From the NCBI GenBank assembly GCA_030646675.1, contig JAUSKX010000029.1, forward strand, positions 1 to 36,201: a DNA stretch of 36,201 bases, read 5' to 3'. Of this stretch, positions 1-8,448 are shown piece after piece. The notes beneath the pieces are model-generated. The model did not search any database. It saw nothing but the letters and a program-made list of their open reading frames with translations, and was not told the origin of the DNA. A program made the translations under genes and the position numbers. Numbering within the stretch: the stretch's first letter is position 1; each line of letters begins with the position of its first letter. This stretch comes from Candidatus Azambacteria bacterium. GTDB taxonomy: Bacteria > Patescibacteriota > Minisyncoccia > UBA10092.

Positions 1-105
1 CCCCACAAAAGCAATGCTACTATTTTCATTAATAGACATTTTCTTAAGATCAAATTTGCTTCCGTAGCTGACTTCAAATAATTGACTGAGTGGGACAAGA
101 TTCAT
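1..105 (-). CDS. Restriction-modification specificity (S/beta) subunit, BcgIB-like; N-terminal fragment that runs off the window edge
   Basis: ATG at 105, 3 nt after the stop of the RM gene; the frame stays open to the edge and reads MNLVPLSQLFEVSYGSKFDLKKMSINENSSIAFVG, resembling the start of an HsdS-type target recognition domain; alpha-beta gene order as in BcgI. Confidence 0.7.
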   Translation of the reverse strand, partial: MNLVPLSQLFEVSYGSKFDLKKMSINENSSIAFVG

Positions 106-108
106 AAT

Positions 109-1944
109 TTATTTATCATTAAGCAATTTAAACATAAAGTATTTTTTCACTTCCTCCTCAAAACCTTTTTCTGTAAGTGATTCATAGTCGGTTTCAAGAT
201 ATGCCTCTGCACACCATTCATCATCTACGTCAACTTTTTTCCAAATGCTTTTACCAGCAATCTCTTTACGATGAAACATATCAAGCCATTCCTTGTGAAT
301 ATTTTGCCATCTTTCTGTTGGTATTCTTCCCTCTACTCTGTCTTTTTTAAATCCATCGTCTTTCCAATAGCCAAACCAACTTTCGTGATGTGGGTCGCTA
401 TTATGCGGGACATGAGCGGTAAAAACCATAATACAAGCAACGACACCGATTGGATAAAACAAATCATTAGGCATGCTCATTACCGCTTCAAGTCGATGTT
501 CTTTTAAAAGTTGTTCTCGCAACGGATGCGGCGCGATTGCTAAGCCCATCGGCACAATCACAATGCCAGTAGCGTTTTTTTGAAGCGCATTAAGTAAAGT
601 TATTACAAAATTCCACTCGTGCAAATTCTCGCCTTCTTGTGAGTATGGCGGATTGATAAAACCAATACTGGCTTGATTTTTTATTTGGTTAAAAATTTCC
701 TCGTCAAAACACGAACCTTGATAAAGATTGGTTTTACCATCGCCTCGTAAAATCATATTGGAAACCGCAAGCGCAAACATTGACGGTTCTTGTTCAATGC
801 CAATGAGAGATTTTTCCAAAATCTTCTTCCTTTCTTCCTCGCTTACTCCCTCCGTCATCTTTTTCATCGCCGAAATAAGAAAACCGCCTGTCCCGCAACA
901 GGTATCTAAAACCTTATCGTTTTTATCCAATTTTGCTAATTCAACAAATAATTCTGTTATATGTTTTGGCGTTAAAACAATGCCCAGACCTTGCGCGTCT
1001 CCGCCAGTATATCGAATAAACTCTCCATAAAAATTACCGATTATATCAAAATCGAAACGGTCATGTGTAAAAGGTTTCATTTCCGAATCTATTTCGCGAA
1101 CGATATGTTCTAATGGCGACTCGTTTTTCTTTTTGTCAATTTTCTGTAATTCGGGGTGATATTCAATAAAACTAAAGGCATTTATAATCGCTCGTTTTTT
1201 CTCATCCTGATTTACTCCAAGCGTTGTTCGGCTAATTTCATCTTTAATCGCTTGAAACGTTTTTTGAGCAAGTTCCGAACCAATATATTTCGGATATGCG
1301 ACCTTAAACCCTTTTTCCATAAGCGCGATAAGAACCCCGCTCACAAGCAATGGCATTTGCGCCACGGTAATTTTTGCGTAATCTCGCAAATAGTTATGTA
1401 AATCTCGAGAGAAGCGACTTAAATCTTTTTTTCTGGTATTGGCAAGGTTTTCATCATAAGTGGCAAAACGAATATAATCTTGCCAAGAAATAATATCGGT
1501 TACCGGAACCTTTTTTGTATCAGCAAGGATTGAATGTGAGCCAGAACCTTTAGGAAAAAGAAATGTGCTAATTTTTAATTCCTCATTCGTTTGTCCACTT
1601 ACTGCAATCGCGATTATATTGTATTCTTGTGATAATTTTGAGGCGTATAAAAGAACACCATCAACAGCGAAACTGGCATATTGGTCTTGGTTTGGCGACT
1701 CGTGAAATTTAGCGTCCGCCTTGCATTCAATAATAAGTAAAAATTCTTTGTCTTCTTTTTTGGAAACCAGAAACTCCGGCTTGCCAATTCCATCACCAGA
1801 TTTACTCGCGCTTTTTAGTAATTTTTCAATAAGCGGATTTTCGCTTTTCTGTTCTTCAATCAAAAAACCATTTTCAGTTGTAATTCCAACTGACCCTAAC
1901 TTTTTGCGAACGATATTCTCAGTTATTCGTTCATTTTTTGACAT
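109..1944 (-). CDS. Type IIB (BcgI alpha-like) fused restriction endonuclease / N6-adenine methyltransferase
   Basis: N-terminal PE..ECK nuclease motif (GKPEFL...IIECKA), LTPKHI, SAM-binding motif I DTCCGTGGF, catalytic motif IV NPPY; 611 aa. Confidence 0.88.
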   Translation of the reverse strand: MSKNERITENIVRKKLGSVGITTENGFLIEEQKSENPLIEKLLKSASKSGDGIGKPEFLVSKKEDKEFLLIIECKADAKFHESPNQDQYASFAVDGVLLYASKLSQEYNIIAIAVSGQTNEELKISTFLFPKGSGSHSILADTKKVPVTDIISWQDYIRFATYDENLANTRKKDLSRFSRDLHNYLRDYAKITVAQMPLLVSGVLIALMEKGFKVAYPKYIGSELAQKTFQAIKDEISRTTLGVNQDEKKRAIINAFSFIEYHPELQKIDKKKNESPLEHIVREIDSEMKPFTHDRFDFDIIGNFYGEFIRYTGGDAQGLGIVLTPKHITELFVELAKLDKNDKVLDTCCGTGGFLISAMKKMTEGVSEEERKKILEKSLIGIEQEPSMFALAVSNMILRGDGKTNLYQGSCFDEEIFNQIKNQASIGFINPPYSQEGENLHEWNFVITLLNALQKNATGIVIVPMGLAIAPHPLREQLLKEHRLEAVMSMPNDLFYPIGVVACIMVFTAHVPHNSDPHHESWFGYWKDDGFKKDRVEGRIPTERWQNIHKEWLDMFHRKEIAGKSIWKKVDVDDEWCAEAYLETDYESLTEKGFEEEVKKYFMFKLLNDK

Positions 1945-2071
1945 AATGATATTATACCAACTATTTACTACTTTATGTAGTGCAAAACTCTTATTTCACT
2001 TTAGTTTAAGCTTGGTGTTATAGGCAGGATACTCGGGTTAATTACTCCAAATATACAGAAACTATAGGACT

Positions 2072-2725
2072 CTAAAGTCGTCCTTTACAAAAGGGTTCGC
2101 CAAAGGCTATAAATTTATAAAAACCGCTGAGCAACAACAAAATACCATACCATGTTGCTAATAAAAACATGAATATAAACAAGGAAACAAAAAACTCAGG
2201 TTTTAAATATAAATCGATAGATTTTTCTAAACTTACTCTTGCATTTTCAGAAATTTCCTCTTTCGTGTCTTCATAGTATCCCATGAAAGAATACTCAAAT
2301 TTATCTATTGAATTACTTGTTTCAAAATTATTTAAAATCTTTTTATTTTTACCTGAAGTTATTTCTTTATAGTTGCCATTTATATTTATTCTTATTGTTG
2401 TGTCTACATTTCTAGCATCCTCTGTTTTGGCCTTGATGTTATTTTTCAAGTATAAATTATATCTAAATAAATCTCCGGGTAGCTTTAATAATGAGCTTAG
2501 TTCTTTTTCTTTATCTTTTACGGCACTTATGCCGTCAGTAAATTTTTTCATATCATTATAAACTAGAAAGCAAGCATTTTGATCTTGTTTAGCCTTTACT
2601 AAATTAGTGATTTCTAAAGATGTGCGCGTAATATTTGGTATGAAATAAAAGGAAAAATAAAGAGTAAGTGCCAATGGTATTACTAATAAAATTAAGATTC
2701 TTAAAAAAAATTTGTTTATTAACAT
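2072..2725 (-). CDS. Hypothetical membrane protein (N- and C-terminal TM helices)
   Basis: Long AT-rich ORF with two hydrophobic segments; start moved to ATG 2725 because the longer 2818 version runs into the tRNA-linked structured element. Confidence 0.7.
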   Translation of the reverse strand: MLINKFFLRILILLVIPLALTLYFSFYFIPNITRTSLEITNLVKAKQDQNACFLVYNDMKKFTDGISAVKDKEKELSSLLKLPGDLFRYNLYLKNNIKAKTEDARNVDTTIRININGNYKEITSGKNKKILNNFETSNSIDKFEYSFMGYYEDTKEEISENARVSLEKSIDLYLKPEFFVSLFIFMFLLATWYGILLLLSGFYKFIAFGEPFCKGRL

Positions 2726-2744
2726 ATAGTACGAAGTTAAAACT

Positions 2745-2764
2745 TGGCGGAGAGGGCGGGAGTC
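2745..2764 (-). repeat. Duplicated tRNA-Ser 3' end (att-like direct repeat) including CCA
   Basis: Minus strand GACTCCCGCCCTCTCCGCCA versus GACTCCCGCCCACTCCGC at 2927-2944; 17/18 identical, 180 bp apart. Confidence 0.9.
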
Positions 2765-2926
2765 CTTTTCACCCGTCGCGAACCACCACTTCGTGGTTCC
2801 GGTTCGCTCCTCCTTCAAAGCCTGGGTTCCTCACCAAGCCACAACGTGGCTTGTTTCGGATACCCTTCGACTTCCGCCTTCAATATAACACAAAACATTG
2901 CCAAAAAGGCAATGTTTTGTGTTAAA
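2765..2926 (-). other. Highly structured non-coding element between the two tRNA 3'-end copies
   Basis: Perfect 17-bp inverted repeat 2886-2902/2908-2924, nested hairpins 2824-2865 and 2778-2807, inverted copy of the T-arm at 2866-2878. Confidence 0.7.
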
Positions 2927-2927
2927 G

Positions 2928-3012
2928 CGGAGTGGGCGGGAGTCGAACCCGCGATACCTTTCGGTATACCCGCTTTCCAAGCGAGCGCACTAGGCCACTA
3001 TGCGACCTCTCC
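2928..3012 (-). tRNA. tRNA-Ser(GGA)
   Basis: Minus strand GGAGAGGTCGCATAGTGGCCTAGTGCGCTCGCTTGGAAAGCGGGTATACCGAAAGGTATCGCGGGTTCGACTCCCGCCCACTCCG: anticodon loop TT-GGA-AA, long variable arm, GGTTCGA T-loop, G73 discriminator; A5:A68 mismatch and no adjacent encoded CCA. Confidence 0.95.
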
Positions 3013-3034
3013 ATATTATGGGCGAACCCTCCAA

Positions 3035-3601
3035 TTATAAATCCGATGCTTTGACGATTTTATTTTTGCCCGTTTGCTTGGCTTTGTAAAGCGCCTCGTC
3101 GGCTTTCTTAAATAAGCTGTCAAAATCCCCTCCTTCGGTAAAGCTGGCCACGCCTCCGCTAACTGTGACTTTTGTTTTTTCCTCTATTTTCTTTCTGATA
3201 TCGTCGAAAATTTCAAAAGCATGATTCTCGTCGGACCCAACCAATCCCACGATAATTTCTTCTCCTCCCCAGCGCGCCACTATATCGATTCCGCGCACTT
3301 TTTCTTTGATGATTTTACTGGCCTGTTTCAAAATTTCATCCCCCGCCTGATGGCCGTAAGTATCGTTAATTTTCTTAAAATTATCAATATCAAAAATTCC
3401 CAGGCTCAAACTTTTGATAAGAAAATTTTCCCGGCGCGACGGGTTTTCCAAATAACCTTTAACTTCGTCAATAAATTTCGCCGACTCCTCCTTAAAACCA
3501 TGGCGATTGTAAAGAGTTGTTAGTTCGTCCTGATAGGCCAGCCCTTTTAGCCGTGATACCTCTTCTTCCAGTTCTTTAATTCTTTTTTGTTCTTCGGTCA
3601 T
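3035..3601 (-). CDS. GGDEF-domain diguanylate cyclase with short N-terminal coiled coil
   Basis: DELTTLYNR, DIDNFKKINDTYGHQAGD, RWGGEEI, ADEALYKAKQTGKN; RxxD I-site (RGID) five residues before GGEEI. Confidence 0.93.
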   Translation of the reverse strand: MTEEQKRIKELEEEVSRLKGLAYQDELTTLYNRHGFKEESAKFIDEVKGYLENPSRRENFLIKSLSLGIFDIDNFKKINDTYGHQAGDEILKQASKIIKEKVRGIDIVARWGGEEIIVGLVGSDENHAFEIFDDIRKKIEEKTKVTVSGGVASFTEGGDFDSLFKKADEALYKAKQTGKNKIVKASDL

Positions 3602-3610
3602 ATAAATATA

Positions 3611-4519
3611 TTACACCGGCATTTCCCGCAAACGCTTAATTCTTTCTTCAATCGGCGGATGAGTCATAAAAAGTTTGCGCAGCCAAGAAGCTTTTTTCTG
3701 GCCTTTGAACGGGTCGTCCAACCATAAATGAGCCGTGGTATTATTGGCAACGCGCATAGGAGTTGCGTCTCCGGAAATTTTTTGCAAAGCCGAAGCCAGC
3801 CCTTCAGGATAACGTGTAAGTAAAGCGCCGGAAGCATCGGCCAAAAATTCTCTCTTGCGTGAAATCGCCAGTTGAATCAGCATAGCGCTGATTGGCGCTA
3901 AAATTGATAAAACTATGCCTGCAATCATTAAAATCGCTCCGGCCTGGCCATTTTCTCTGTCATCGCGCCTTCCCATGCCGCCCCAAAAAGCCGACCTTAA
4001 AAATATGTCCGAAACAATTGAAACAAAACCGACAAGAACGACTATAACCGTTGAAAGCAATATATCGCGGTTGCCGACATGCGACAATTCATGCGCCAAA
4101 ACCCCTTCAAGTTCGCTCCGGTCCAGTTTTTCAAGCAATCCTTCGGTTACGGCAACTACGGCGTGTTTTGGGTCCCTGCCAGTCGCAAAAGCATTCGGCT
4201 GCCGTTCTCGGATTAAATAAATTCTGGGCATCGGCAATCCTGCGGTAATGCTTAAATTTTCAACTATGTGATAAAGTTCGGGGGCGCTATTGTGTTCGAT
4301 TGGAACCGCGCGCGCCATTTTCAAAACTATTTTATCCGAATACCAATACGCCGCGACATTCATCAGCACGCTGAAAATAACCGCGAAATATAAAATCGAC
4401 GGGTCTCCGTAAATCCTTGAAAAGGCCCAACCGATACCGATAACGACAATAAGAAATGCCGTAAAAAGCAACCAGGTCCGCCTGATATTGGCCGACTGTT
4501 GGGTATAAAGCGTCGGCAT
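3611..4519 (-). CDS. htpX: Zinc metalloprotease HtpX (M48)
   Basis: PNAFATG, HELSH zinc motif, SRKREFLADA, THPP; follows lemA. Confidence 0.95.
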   Translation of the reverse strand: MPTLYTQQSANIRRTWLLFTAFLIVVIGIGWAFSRIYGDPSILYFAVIFSVLMNVAAYWYSDKIVLKMARAVPIEHNSAPELYHIVENLSITAGLPMPRIYLIRERQPNAFATGRDPKHAVVAVTEGLLEKLDRSELEGVLAHELSHVGNRDILLSTVIVVLVGFVSIVSDIFLRSAFWGGMGRRDDRENGQAGAILMIAGIVLSILAPISAMLIQLAISRKREFLADASGALLTRYPEGLASALQKISGDATPMRVANNTTAHLWLDDPFKGQKKASWLRKLFMTHPPIEERIKRLREMPV

Positions 4520-4524
4520 ATTAT

Positions 4525-5079
4525 TTAGAATTTAACCGCTACCGGGTCTCTTTCCGCCGCATCGTCCAGTCCAAAAAATTCTTCTTTTTTGAATCCAAAT
4601 GTTCCAGCGACTAAATTGGACGGAAAAGTGTCAATTTTAGTATTGTATTCCAAAACGTTGCCGTTATAAAACCTTCTTGCCGCCTGAATTTTGTTTTCCG
4701 TGTCCGCCAGTTCTCTTTGTAATTCCAAAAAATTAGCATTGGCTTTTAAGTCCGGATAATTTTCGGAAACCGCGAAAAGCGTTTTCAAAGTGCCGGACAA
4801 AGCGTTTTCTGCTTCAAGTTTTTCATCTTTGCTTTTGGCGCCCATCGCTTGGGTTCGCGCTTCCGTAACTTTTTCAAAAACATTTCTTTCATGCTCCATA
4901 TAGCCCTTTACAGTTTCAACCAAATTCGGAATCAGGTCGTACCTTCTTTTGAGTTGAACGTCGATATCCGACCATGCTTCTTTGACCCTCGTTCTCAATA
5001 CAATAAATCGATTGTAAGCGAAAATAAGCCACAAAACAACTGCGGCGATAACGCCTAATAATATATATAAAATATTCAT
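4525..5079 (-). CDS. lemA: LemA family protein
   Basis: N-terminal TM, WSDIDVQLKRRYDLIPNLVETVKGY, ENYPDLKAN, ARRFYN. Confidence 0.96.
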   Translation of the reverse strand: MNILYILLGVIAAVVLWLIFAYNRFIVLRTRVKEAWSDIDVQLKRRYDLIPNLVETVKGYMEHERNVFEKVTEARTQAMGAKSKDEKLEAENALSGTLKTLFAVSENYPDLKANANFLELQRELADTENKIQAARRFYNGNVLEYNTKIDTFPSNLVAGTFGFKKEEFFGLDDAAERDPVAVKF

Positions 5080-5106
5080 ATTTTTCTTATTATTTTAATT
5101 TTTCTA

Positions 5107-7254
5107 TTATACCACGGCGTCCTCCAATTTCAAGGAGAATAATTTGGAAACGCCATCGTCACCCATGGTAACGCCGTAGAGAACATTGGCAATTTCCATT
5201 GTTGAACGATTGTGAGTTATTAGGACAAATTGGGTTTTTTCCGCCAAATCTTTCAAAACTTTAGCAAACTGCGCCGCGTTGGCTTCGTCCAACGCGGCGT
5301 CAATTTCGTCCAAAACCAAAAACGGCGGACGGCTGACAGAAACGATGGCAAACAAAAGAGCGATGGAAATAAGCGCCCGTTCGCCGCCCGAAAGGGCGGC
5401 AAGGTCGCGGATGCGTTTGCGCGGCACATTAACGTTTATGGTTACACCCGATTCGTTTTCCAATTTCGCGGAACCGCCGCCGAACATCAGTTTGAAATAA
5501 TGCTCGAATTCATCATTTATTTTCGCCAATCCCATTTTGAAATCGCTATTGATTCTGCCCGTCAAATTTTCTATCAAACTTTTTAGCGAACCTACAGCGC
5601 TTGTTAAATCGGAAAATTCTGTTGTTAAAAATACGTGACGCTTATCGGTCTCTTCATACTCGCGCATTATTTCTTCATCAAATCCTCCAATTTCGGCAAT
5701 TTCTCTTCTTAATTTTATAATTTTATTTTCCAGCCCGGATAAATATTCGGTTTCCGGTAAAACAAATTTTGTGTCGGCAGTGGCAAAAGTAGCCGTTAAT
5801 TCTTCGTAATCTTTCCCCGAACCCCATAATTCCGATTTCAAGTCCGCTTCTTTCAATTTGATTTTTTCTTCTTCCAGATTAAATCTTTGCGCCGCCTCCT
5901 GCGCCAGCATATATTCGCGCCGCGCCATTTCCAAATCTTTTTGAAAAACCGAATATTTGCCCCTCCATTCCATTTCTTCCGAACGAATTTTTGAAAGCGC
6001 TTTTTTGTTCTGATTTATTTGCTCGTCTATTCTGGCAAATTTCAATTTAAAATTTTCTTTGTCTTTTTCATACGGGCTTTCGTTTTTTTCTTCAATGTCC
6101 GCCAAATCAACAAGCGAAAGTATTTTTGAAATATCGTTCTTCTCCAGGCAGTCGCTGACGGTTCCGATTTCGCCGGCAAGATTTTTAATGGTTTCTTTAA
6201 TAGCAACTGCGTCGGCCAGTTGCGAAACGGCATCAAGACGTTTCGCCCAATATTTTATTTTAATCGCCAAGACCGCTTCAAGCGTTTTTATGTTTTTGGC
6301 ATTATTTCTTTTTGCCGATTCAATAATGCCCTCAATGCGGCCAAGCTCTCTTGTAATGTCATGCCGTTCGGTATTTAGTTTTTCCAGACTGGTTTCAAAC
6401 TGGCCATTTTTTTCTCCGGCTTTGGAAAATTTTGTTATTTGTTCTTCAAAAAGTTTTTCGTTTGTTTCAAAATTTTCTTTCGCCGTTGTTATTCTAGCGT
6501 CGACTTCTTCCCGCGCTTTTTGATTGTCGTTTCTTTGAGAATATATTTCCCGGATTTTTATTTTGAAAAATTCATTTTCCAAATTATTCAAATCAGTGAC
6601 CAAAATTTCTCTTTTTTGAAATTTCTCAACTTGGCGTTTTAGCGAACGCAGGCGCGGAGATATTTCATTTATCAAATTGGCGGTTTGTTCTAAATTCGCT
6701 CCGGTTTCCGACAATTTGGATTCGGCTTCGGATTTTTTAAGCTGAAATTCGCGGAGGCCGAGAGCTTCTTCCAAAATCCCCTGCCTTTCCGCGGGATCGG
6801 CTTTTAAAATTTCATCGGCCGAACCTTGGTTTACAATTGAGTTCCCCCTAAGCCCCAATTTTGAACGCGCCAGAAGCTCGGTTATATCTTTGAGCCGCAC
6901 CTGGCTGTCATTTAAATAATATTCGTTGGCGCCATCGCGATAAACCTTGCGGCCTATAACAACCTCATCAAAATCAACGGGGAAAAAACCGTCACGATTA
7001 TCAAAATGCAAACTGACGCTGGCCTTGCCCTGGGACGGCTTTGCCGCCGAACCGGCCCAAATTAAATCGGCGCCCGATTTGGAACGTAAATTTTTAAATC
7101 CTTGTTCGCCCAAAACCCAGCGCACAGAATCGACAACATTGGATTTGCCGGAACCGTTAGGCCCGACAATGGCGCTTACGGCGGTCGGAAATTCCAGCGC
7201 CGTTTTGTGGGCGAATGATTTGAATCCCGATCTGTCTAATTTCTTAAGCCGCAT
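5107..7254 (-). CDS. smc: Short SMC-family chromosome segregation ATPase
   Basis: GFKSFA, Walker A GPNGSGKSN, Q-loop, coiled coil, LSGGE signature, LDEIDAALD, THN; lies downstream of rnc. Confidence 0.88.
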   Translation of the reverse strand: MRLKKLDRSGFKSFAHKTALEFPTAVSAIVGPNGSGKSNVVDSVRWVLGEQGFKNLRSKSGADLIWAGSAAKPSQGKASVSLHFDNRDGFFPVDFDEVVIGRKVYRDGANEYYLNDSQVRLKDITELLARSKLGLRGNSIVNQGSADEILKADPAERQGILEEALGLREFQLKKSEAESKLSETGANLEQTANLINEISPRLRSLKRQVEKFQKREILVTDLNNLENEFFKIKIREIYSQRNDNQKAREEVDARITTAKENFETNEKLFEEQITKFSKAGEKNGQFETSLEKLNTERHDITRELGRIEGIIESAKRNNAKNIKTLEAVLAIKIKYWAKRLDAVSQLADAVAIKETIKNLAGEIGTVSDCLEKNDISKILSLVDLADIEEKNESPYEKDKENFKLKFARIDEQINQNKKALSKIRSEEMEWRGKYSVFQKDLEMARREYMLAQEAAQRFNLEEEKIKLKEADLKSELWGSGKDYEELTATFATADTKFVLPETEYLSGLENKIIKLRREIAEIGGFDEEIMREYEETDKRHVFLTTEFSDLTSAVGSLKSLIENLTGRINSDFKMGLAKINDEFEHYFKLMFGGGSAKLENESGVTINVNVPRKRIRDLAALSGGERALISIALLFAIVSVSRPPFLVLDEIDAALDEANAAQFAKVLKDLAEKTQFVLITHNRSTMEIANVLYGVTMGDDGVSKLFSLKLEDAVV

Positions 7255-7257
7255 TCT

Positions 7258-7950
7258 TTACCAATTTTTTAATTTCAAACCGTTTTCGGCCGCTTGCTGC
7301 TGGGCTTCGTTTTTTGAAGCCCCCTCCCCTTGGGCAATTAATTCTTTGCCCAAATAAACCCCGACATTAAAATTTTTATCATGGTCTGGGCCGCTTTCGG
7401 ATAAAACTTCGTAATTCGGAGTGACGCCGACCCGTTCCTGCGCCGCCTCCTGAAACAGACTTTTATGGTCGCGCCATAGTTTTTTGTCTATGATATTTTT
7501 TAGTTCGGGAAGCAGATTTTTGGCAATGAATTCCGCGGCCGCCGGGTAATCCTGGTCAAGATAGTAGGCGCCGGTAAACGCTTCAAACGTGTTGGCTAAA
7601 ATATATTGGCGGCCGCGGCCCGTTTCTTTGGTTTCGCCTTTTGATAAATACAAGTAATCGTTAAATCCCAATTGAGCGGCAATCTGGGCAAGCATCTGGG
7701 AATTAACCAAGGCCGCGCGAAGGCTGGTCATTTCTCCTTCGGCCAAGTCAGGATAGTTTTTATAAAGATATTCGGTAACGACAAGTTCCAGTACCGCGTC
7801 GCCTAAAAATTCAAGACGCTCGTTATGATTTAATTCAAATGCCGGATTTTCATTAAGATATGAACGGTGAACAAAGGCCTGTTTGAGCAGGTTTTCATTT
7901 TTAAATTTTATGTTAAGTTGTTTTTTTAAACTGTTAAAATCTTTATCCAT
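7258..7950 (-). CDS. rnc: Ribonuclease III
   Basis: [16 protein letters not shown] signature, C-terminal dsRBD (GPDHDK..GEGASK). Confidence 0.97.
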   Translation of the reverse strand: MDKDFNSLKKQLNIKFKNENLLKQAFVHRSYLNENPAFELNHNERLEFLGDAVLELVVTEYLYKNYPDLAEGEMTSLRAALVNSQMLAQIAAQLGFNDYLYLSKGETKETGRGRQYILANTFEAFTGAYYLDQDYPAAAEFIAKNLLPELKNIIDKKLWRDHKSLFQEAAQERVGVTPNYEVLSESGPDHDKNFNVGVYLGKELIAQGEGASKNEAQQQAAENGLKLKNW

Positions 7951-8410
7951 TTTCTTTCCCCTTCCTTGGGCTTCCCTCTTCTTTTCCCGGTTCGCCTATC
8001 GCCCGATAAATTGTTCCCAAAACGCCATTGACGAATTTGCCGGATGTTTCCCCGCCAAAGCTTTTCGCCAGCTCGATAGCCTCGTTAATCGCCACCTTGG
8101 GTGGGACTTCTTCGCGGTTGCCAAGTAAAAGCTCGTAAATGCCAATGCGCAAAACATTGCGGTCAACCAAGTTGATTTGCTCAAGCGGCCATTCGGGAGC
8201 GGTTTTAACTATAATTTCGTCAATTTTATCTTTATTTTCCAAAACGCCTTTTATAAGAGCATGAACAAACTGGCTGTCTTCCAAGCCGGGGCCGAACTCT
8301 TCAAGATTCCTATCTAAAATCTCGTTTATTTTTAAATCGTTGCGATTATTAAAATCCCATTCGTAAAGGGTTTGCATCACTATTGAACGGGAAAGGTGCC
8401 TATTAGCCAT
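7943..8410 (-). CDS. nusB: Transcription antitermination factor NusB
   Basis: [38 protein letters not shown]. Confidence 0.96.
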   Translation of the reverse strand: MANRHLSRSIVMQTLYEWDFNNRNDLKINEILDRNLEEFGPGLEDSQFVHALIKGVLENKDKIDEIIVKTAPEWPLEQINLVDRNVLRIGIYELLLGNREEVPPKVAINEAIELAKSFGGETSGKFVNGVLGTIYRAIGEPGKEEGSPRKGKENG

Positions 8411-8416
8411 GTATAA

Positions 8417-8445
8417 AAAATATCACAAATCCCCCCAAAAATCAA
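8417..8445 (-). promoter_or_regulatory. Putative sigma70 promoter of nusB-rnc-smc
   Basis: TTGATT-17 nt-TATTTT with TG extended -10, only a few nt upstream of the nusB ATG. Confidence 0.45.
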
Positions 8446-8448
8446 AAA

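Noticed and set aside
2726-2818. N-terminal extension of ORF 2072..2818, and plus-strand ORFs 2668..2925 and 2744..3040
   Set aside because: They overlap the tRNA or the structured element and have no protein-like features.
2765-2926. Canonical group I or group II intron in the tRNA
   Set aside because: I found no recognisable P7 core or domain V, the position is the T-loop rather than the anticodon loop, and a 3'-exon duplication is not an intron feature.
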